From Octopus vulgaris (taxonomy: Eukaryota), in the NCBI GenBank assembly GCA_951406725.2, contig OX597826.1, positions 67,022,001 to 67,086,000 of the forward strand: a stretch of 64,000 bases of DNA, given 5' to 3'. The notes beneath the pieces were generated by a model, which saw only the letters and a list, made by a program, of their open reading frames with translations, was not told the DNA's origin and searched no databases. Made by a program: the position numbers and the translations under genes. Below, in pieces: positions 52,659 to 64,000 of this stretch. Position 1 is the first letter of the stretch. Every line of letters starts with the position of its first letter.

Positions 52659-53110
52659 GATAGTGATGATAATGACGATGATGCTGATGATTGTGATGAT
52701 GATTATGATGACGATTATGATGATGATGATGATGATGATGATGACGATGATGACGGTGATGATGATGATGATGACGATTATGATTATGGTGACGATGATG
52801 ATGAGGAGGAAGAGGAAGAGGAAGAGGAGGATGAGGAGTAGGGGAAGATTATGATAATAATGATGATATTGAGGATGACGATGAAGAGGACGACGATGAT
52901 GACGATGATGATAATGGTGTCAAAGATGCTGAAGATGATGACAATGATGTTGATGATGATGACGATGAAGACGAAGACGTAGACGACGAAGGCAGCGGCA
53001 ACAACGCCGACGTCGGCGATGACGATGATGACGACAATAACTGTGACAATGATGATGATGAGGATAATGATGGCGACGAAGACGTAGACGACGAAGACGA
53101 CGACGATGAC
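52569..53110. repeat. (GAT)n/(GAC)n/(GAG)n trinucleotide low-complexity tract
   Basis: Directly visible. Confidence 0.95.
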
Positions 53111-53394
53111 GGTTGGTCAGAAGCCAGAGACATTACGTTCCTCCATTTCCTGAAGTCCTATTTAAGTTGCAGTTTTAACCTCCCTTTGATGTATTTAAGC
53201 AGCAGCTGCAGCAGATAAATTTCTGGTCGAGACAATTTCTCATTCAGAATGAGTTCTGTCTCTGTTCTGGACAGGAGAATGGACAGCAAAAGAATGTTTG
53301 CTATAAGTTTGGGTGTCCTGTGCTAACACCGAGATACATTGCGATCTACAAGTAGACAGAGGCCATTATCTTTATTGTAATTCTCACTGTATTT

Positions 53395-53997
53395 AAGGCG
53401 GCGAACTGACAGAAACGTTAGCACGCCGGGCGAAATACTTAGCGGTATTTCGTCTGCCGTTACGTTCTGAGTTCAAATTCAGCCGCGGTCGACTTTGCCG
53501 TTCATCCTTTCGGGGTTGATTAAATAAGTACCAGTTACGCACTGGGGTCGATGTAATCGACTTAATTCGTTTGTCTGTCCTTGTTTGTCCTCTCTGTGTT
53601 TAGCCCCATGTGGGTAGTAAAGAAACAGGTATTTCGTCTGTCTTTACGTTCTGAGTTCAAATTCCATCGAAGTCGACTTTGCCTTTCATCCATTCGGGGG
53701 TCGATAAATTAAGTACCATTTATGCACTGGAGTCAATGCAATCGACTTAATCCCTTTGTCTGTCCTTGTTCGTCCCTTCTATGTTAAGCTCTTTGTGGCA
53801 ATAAAGAAATAAGAAACGTTGGCACGCCGGGCGAAATCCTTAGAGGTATTTCGTCTGTCTACGTTCTGATTTCAGATTCCGTCGAGGTCGACTTTGCCTT
53901 TCATCCATTCGGGGGTCGATAAATTAAGTACCAGTTATGTACTGGGGTCGATCTAATCCCGCAAAATTTCGGGTCTTAGCCTAGAGTAGAAAAGAAT
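53395..53997 (+). mobile_element. SINE family B trimer
   Basis: Order is head-body-tail2-body-tail2-partial head-body-tail1. Confidence 0.9.
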
Positions 53998-56277
53998 CCT
54001 CATTGTGTCTAACTTCTTAAATGTCTGCCATTTGATTTTGACATTTAGCTCGGTGTTTGCTATTTGTTTTTCTGGTCGAGTCGGATGTATGTATTTGTTA
54101 GTATTTCAAAGGTAACAGAAAGATTTGTAGAGTTAGGTCCTTTGGTGTCGGTACCAGGGGCCGAGTTGGTGATGCTGAATGTGTAGAATGTATCAATTTC
54201 GTAATCGGATTGGTCATTTAAATATTCTGTTTGGTGTCAAAATCTTCTTAGCACTGATGCTGATGATGCTGACGATGATGCTGATGCTGACAATCTGATA
54301 TTGAGTTAGATCGATCGCCATCGTCAACTTCGTCGTCACCGTCGTCATCATCGTCACGATCATCTTCGTAGTATTAGTCGCCGGTTCCATCCTAACCGTT
54401 ATCATCGTCGTTGTTGTGTGTTGTTGTCATCGTTGTTATCCTCGACGCACTGTCCTCCCCCTTTCGTCTTCCTCACCTCCGTCCGCTACATCTACTTCCT
54501 CTTCCCTCATCCTACTCCCATATCCACTCCTATTTCCCCACCTTCAGCCCTCTTCCTGTTGTCCTCTACTTCCTCTCGTGCTCCTCTTCCTCACCTTCTT
54601 CGTCATCTTCTCTTCCCAATCTCCTCCTCTCCCTTTTCCCCATCTTCCTCCTCCAAAGCCTCTTTCTCACCTCCTCCTCTTTCCTTCTCCCTCCCCACAT
54701 TCCTCCACCTCCATCACAACCAACCCCATATCCCTCCTCATCCCAACCCCGTCCCTCCCCCTCCCCCACATCATCATCATCATCGTCATCGTCATCAAGT
54801 ATCGTCCACTCTCGCATGGATCGCCATCTTGGTCTTTCTTTCACGGTTACTATCCACAATATACATTTCGGTGTATTTTAACGTCTGTCTGTCCAATTTT
54901 TAATATTATCCATTCACAAACAACTCTCGTTCTTTTTCCTTCCCCCTTTCTCTTTCCATTCATTTTTACCTTCTATTAACCGTCTCCGCAAACCATTTTT
55001 TCTAATTAAGTGTCCAAAATATCTTAGTTTCTCTCTCTTTGATGCTGTCTAATAAAATTCTCTCAGATTCGTCACTAAGACTGTTATAACTAATACAGTT
55101 TCGACTTGCTTCACACAGCTACACATTTCCATGATACCTTCTGGTGAATTCGTTAATTTTCTTTTCTGGTTGTCTCTTCGTTCTGTCATAAAAGACTGGA
55201 ATATATTTTGCTGTTGATATCAGACTCTGTTTCTTTGTAGTGATAGAATAATTGATACGAGTGTTTTAACACCATATTCTTCTCACTGATAGACTGGAGA
55301 CATGTTAGTAACTAGACATATTTAGGAGATAAGGAATGATTGAGTAATGTCTGTGAGTTCTGTTGCGTTTCGGCGGTTTAGTGAAGGTGCGTGGCTTAGT
55401 GGTTAGGTTTTGCGGCTCATAATCGTAAGGTCCTGAGTTCGATTCCTTGTGCAAGACATTTTATTTCATGCTGCTTCTGCTCATTCAGCTAGCAAAAAAG
55501 AGTAGTACTTATATTTCAAAGGGGCCAGCATTGTTACGTTCTGTGTCTCGCTGAATGTCCCTGGAAATTACGTTTGCATGTTTGCGCTTTAGTTTCACGA
55601 GATGGCTGTTTGGTTGATCGGACCAGCTAGGACCCTTGTCCTCGTGACCGACAGCGCACCAGTTTCTGCTGTTTGGTTCTTTCAATGTACACTTTGGGGC
55701 GATAAGGTAGCAAACTGGCAGAATCATTAACACGCCGGAAAAACAAATGCTTTACGTTCTGAGCTCAAATTCAGCCGAGGTCGATTTTGTCCTTCATTCT
55801 TTGGATGTCGCTAAAATAGGTACCAGTTAAACACTGGGGTCGATCTAAGCATCTTATCCTCTTACCCGTTATTGCTTGCCAAACTTTGAAATTATCATTG
55901 CTGTTGTTGTTGTTGTTGTAGTTCTTGTTGCTGCTGCTGCTGCTGTCGTTCTTATCTTTAGTACACCGGACAAAATGCTTAGCGACATGTCTCCCACCTT
56001 TACGTCCTGAGTTCAAATTCCGCCGAGGCCTTGTACTAAAGTGGCGGATTGGTAGAACCGTTGAAGAGACGAACAGAAGACTTTAGGGTAATTCTTCCGC
56101 TGACCTTACGTTCAGAGTTCAAATTTATTTTTGCTTTTTGTCCTTTCACAGTTTGATAGAATCAAATCCTAGAGTCAATGGACTCGACTAATAATCTCAT
56201 CAAATCTCAAGAAATGAATTTCTGCTAGAATAATTCAGTAATAGCATTGGAATGGTACAAAAGTAATACATAGAAAA

Positions 56278-56337
<60 letters not shown>

Positions 56338-56483
56338 GTATACGTACACACACATGCAACTATGTGTGTATATTTGAATATGTATGTATTTATGTGTGCT
56401 TCTCTTCCTCTCTTACTCTCTTGATATATATATATATATATATGTATATGTATATGTGTATACATACATACATACATACATAC

Positions 56484-56551
<68 letters not shown>

Positions 56552-56555
56552 ATGT

Positions 56556-56978
56556 CTTTTACTCTTTTATTTCTTTGAGTCATTTGAGTCATTTGACTGT
56601 GGCCATACTGGAGCACCGCCTTTGGTCGAGCAAATCGACTCCAAGACATTTCTCTGTAAGTCTAGTATTTAATATATCGGTCTCTTTTGCCGAACCGCTA
56701 AGTTACGGGGGCGTAAACACACCAGCATCGGTTGTCAAGCGACGTTGAGACAAACAGACACATACACAGGCAGACAGACAGACAGACATACACACAAACA
56801 TATATACATATATATGACGGGCTTCTTTCAGTTTCCTTCTACCGAATCCACACACAAGGATTCGGTCGGCCTGAGGCTATAGCAGAAAACAGTTGCCCAT
56901 GGTACCAAGCATTGGGACTGAACCCGGAACCATGTGGTTGGTAAGCAAGCTACTTACCACACAGCTACTCCTACGCCT
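56556..56978 (-). mobile_element. SINE family A
   Basis: Diverged full-length reverse-complement copy. Confidence 0.88.
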
Positions 56979-57244
56979 ACATTTACGTGTATATATATAT
57001 ATATATTTTATAATGCATATATGTATACACATATATATTCACACACACACGCACGCACACACACACACAAACACATATACATATAGATTCGATGTAGTTT
57101 AAATATAGTAAAGAATAAATGCTTACTAATAAATGTGATCGATGTGATGTCCGATAGATAGCTCAAACCCTCCTGGGAGACTGACTCTGACAATACGTAC
57201 AAGAAGATACACAAATATACTAACATATACACACATATACACAC

Positions 57245-57295
<51 letters not shown>

Positions 57296-57402
57296 CATAT
57301 ATATATATACATATATACATATATATATATATACATATATATATATACACATATATATATACATATATATACATATATATATACATATATACATATATAT
57401 AT

Positions 57403-57439
<37 letters not shown>

Positions 57440-57442
57440 ATA

Positions 57443-57498
<56 letters not shown>

Positions 57499-58149
57499 TA
57501 AGCACACGTATACATACAAACTTACACGCACCCACTAACACAGACTTGCATTTCTGCATAAGAGAGTTACCAACAGAAACCCAAATTTTAACAATAGAAA
57601 ACAATAACGACTAGAAAAACAACAGCAATAACAATAACTACAGCAGCAGCAGCTGCAACAACAACAACAACAAAAACAAGAAGAACAGCAGCAGCAGCAA
57701 CAACACCATACCAACGACGTTTATTGTTACTGTTTAATACATTAGAGAAATTCCTCAAAGGAGCAGTAAATATTTGTCTGATAATCTGTGGACACAATTC
57801 CATCTCGTGCTTTCCATCTCTTCCTGGCACCGTCACCTCTTTCGACACAATCAGATCAGACAAAGAAATTAGTCGAGAGAAATAGAGAGAGAAAGAGAGG
57901 GGAGAGAGAGAGAGTGAAAGAAAGAGAGAGAGAGAGAGAGAGAGAGTGAGAAAGAGAGAGTCAGCTATAATGGTAGAGGAATTGTTGCCGTTTTATCCTG
58001 ATATTCTAGCATCAATACTAAAGACTGTTCACTGTTCTGATTGGCATGGTTTAATAGTAGTGTTTGAGTTGATGCAATTTCTTGCTAGCAAAGCAGTGAT
58101 GTCCATTGCTCTCTCTTTCTCTCTCTCCCTCTACCCTCTCTCTCTCTGT

Positions 58150-62860
<4,711 letters not shown>

Positions 62861-63108
62861 TTTATGCGTGTACGTGACGTGTGGTGCCAAACTATGTATT
62901 TGGTTTTGCGAGCGTGTAGAATTTCCAGTTGTCAGAAGCGTCCACGAGCGTTCCAATGGCCGGTCACGTGACTACCGACGGAAACTGGATATCTGGAGTT
63001 GGTGGCGTCTGACGGAACTGCATTGATCGAAATTATCATAACTGGGAGTAGAACAGGCCTAGGGTAATATTGACAGCTACAACAACAAATACAACAACGA
63101 TAACAGCA

Positions 63109-63157
<49 letters not shown>

Positions 63158-63198
63158 ACACCACCACCACCACCACCACCACCACCACCACCACCACC

Positions 63199-63319
<121 letters not shown>

Positions 63320-63469
63320 TCGATAATAAAAATAATATTAATAATAGATTCTTTGATGCAGTCTGTTAGTATTTGCAGCAGTGAAATTGGAAGCGGTTCC
63401 GTATTGACAAATGCGGCCATATTTGTTATAAAAAGAAAGAAAGAAAGAAAGAAAGAAAAAAAACGGTAA

Positions 63470-64000
63470 ATTCTTATGGAATCACCCTTCCAGACAACAA
63501 GGCAATAAAATCGGTGAAGGAGAGTGAAGGATATAAATATTTTGGTGGTGGTGGTTGTGGTGTTGGCGGCGGCGGCGGCGGCGGTTGGGAGTGTAAGCGT
63601 CGATTTCTTGTGATGGAACTGTTGCTAGTTTTCTGATGAAGGAAGACAGACTAAAAATGTAAGACAGAAATTTTTGGAGGGAAAAGTTACAAGAGGAGCA
63701 ACTGGGAAGATTGTAGAAACAATATCATTAAAGGAATGAACACTTGGTCGAAAACCAATATTGAGATACTCGGCAGCGTTCTTTCATTGGGCAATAACAA
63801 AATAATGCTGATAAAAAAATGGTTTGATGCGGTAGAGAAATTGTTAACAATACTTAAACACTGGGTTAGATCTACGAAACAGTGTTTGTAAATAGTATGA
63901 AGCAATATAAGAAGGAAGCAGTGGGCTACTCAATGTAACAGATACAGTACATTTAGCAATTGTTGGACTAGAGAGGTGTGTAAGGAAACGTGAGGAGATG
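63470..64000 (+). pseudogene. Decayed R4/Dong-clade (RLE-type) non-LTR retrotransposon RT fragment, running off the window end
   Basis: GITLPDNKAIKSVKESEGYKYL(G), NNIIKGMNTWS, ILRYSAAFFHW and EGSSGLLNVTDTVHLAIVGLERCV match the R4/Dong pattern YKYLG...AINTWA..LRY...RLY..RKEGGRGL. Confidence 0.8.

Noticed and set aside
52347-52841. 164-aa ORF with a poly-Asp/Glu tract (acidic or biomineralisation-like protein)
   Set aside because: The N-terminal part overlaps a decayed SINE B, and the rest is a (GAT)n microsatellite like other non-coding tracts in the window.

Overview
This is eukaryotic, AT-rich, microsatellite-saturated DNA with no host protein-coding exon I can recognise, so it is probably intergenic or deep intronic. 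The repeat families (two very abundant tRNA-derived SINEs plus (TA)n, (CA)n, (TATG)n and (CTAT)n tracts) look like those of an octopus genome; that assignment is an inference from pattern recognition. Almost all ORFs in the supplied track are microsatellite artefacts. The real coding remnants are all decayed transposons: a hAT (GTF2IRD2/SPIN-like) transposase, a Tc1 transposase, a mariner-derived fold-back MITE, two RTE LINE fragments, an R4/Dong-like RT and a probable Gypsy RNase H. The most interesting signal is about 13 minimal type-I hammerhead-ribozyme (HHR) motifs from roughly 8 unrelated sequence families. Most lie in fold-back or inverted-repeat elements embedded in (TA)n tracts, which is the Penelope-like pseudo-LTR architecture. 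One element (18398-18841) has a 13-bp TSD and joins a tRNA-derived Pol III head to an HHR-bearing tail, making it a candidate Penelope-mobilised ribozyme SINE. The window also contains a ~170-bp target-site-like duplication around a SINE that may explain the regular SINE tandem arrays, and a nested ~3-kb inverted duplication. All alignments, folds and translations were done by eye, and coordinates of decayed elements are approximate.
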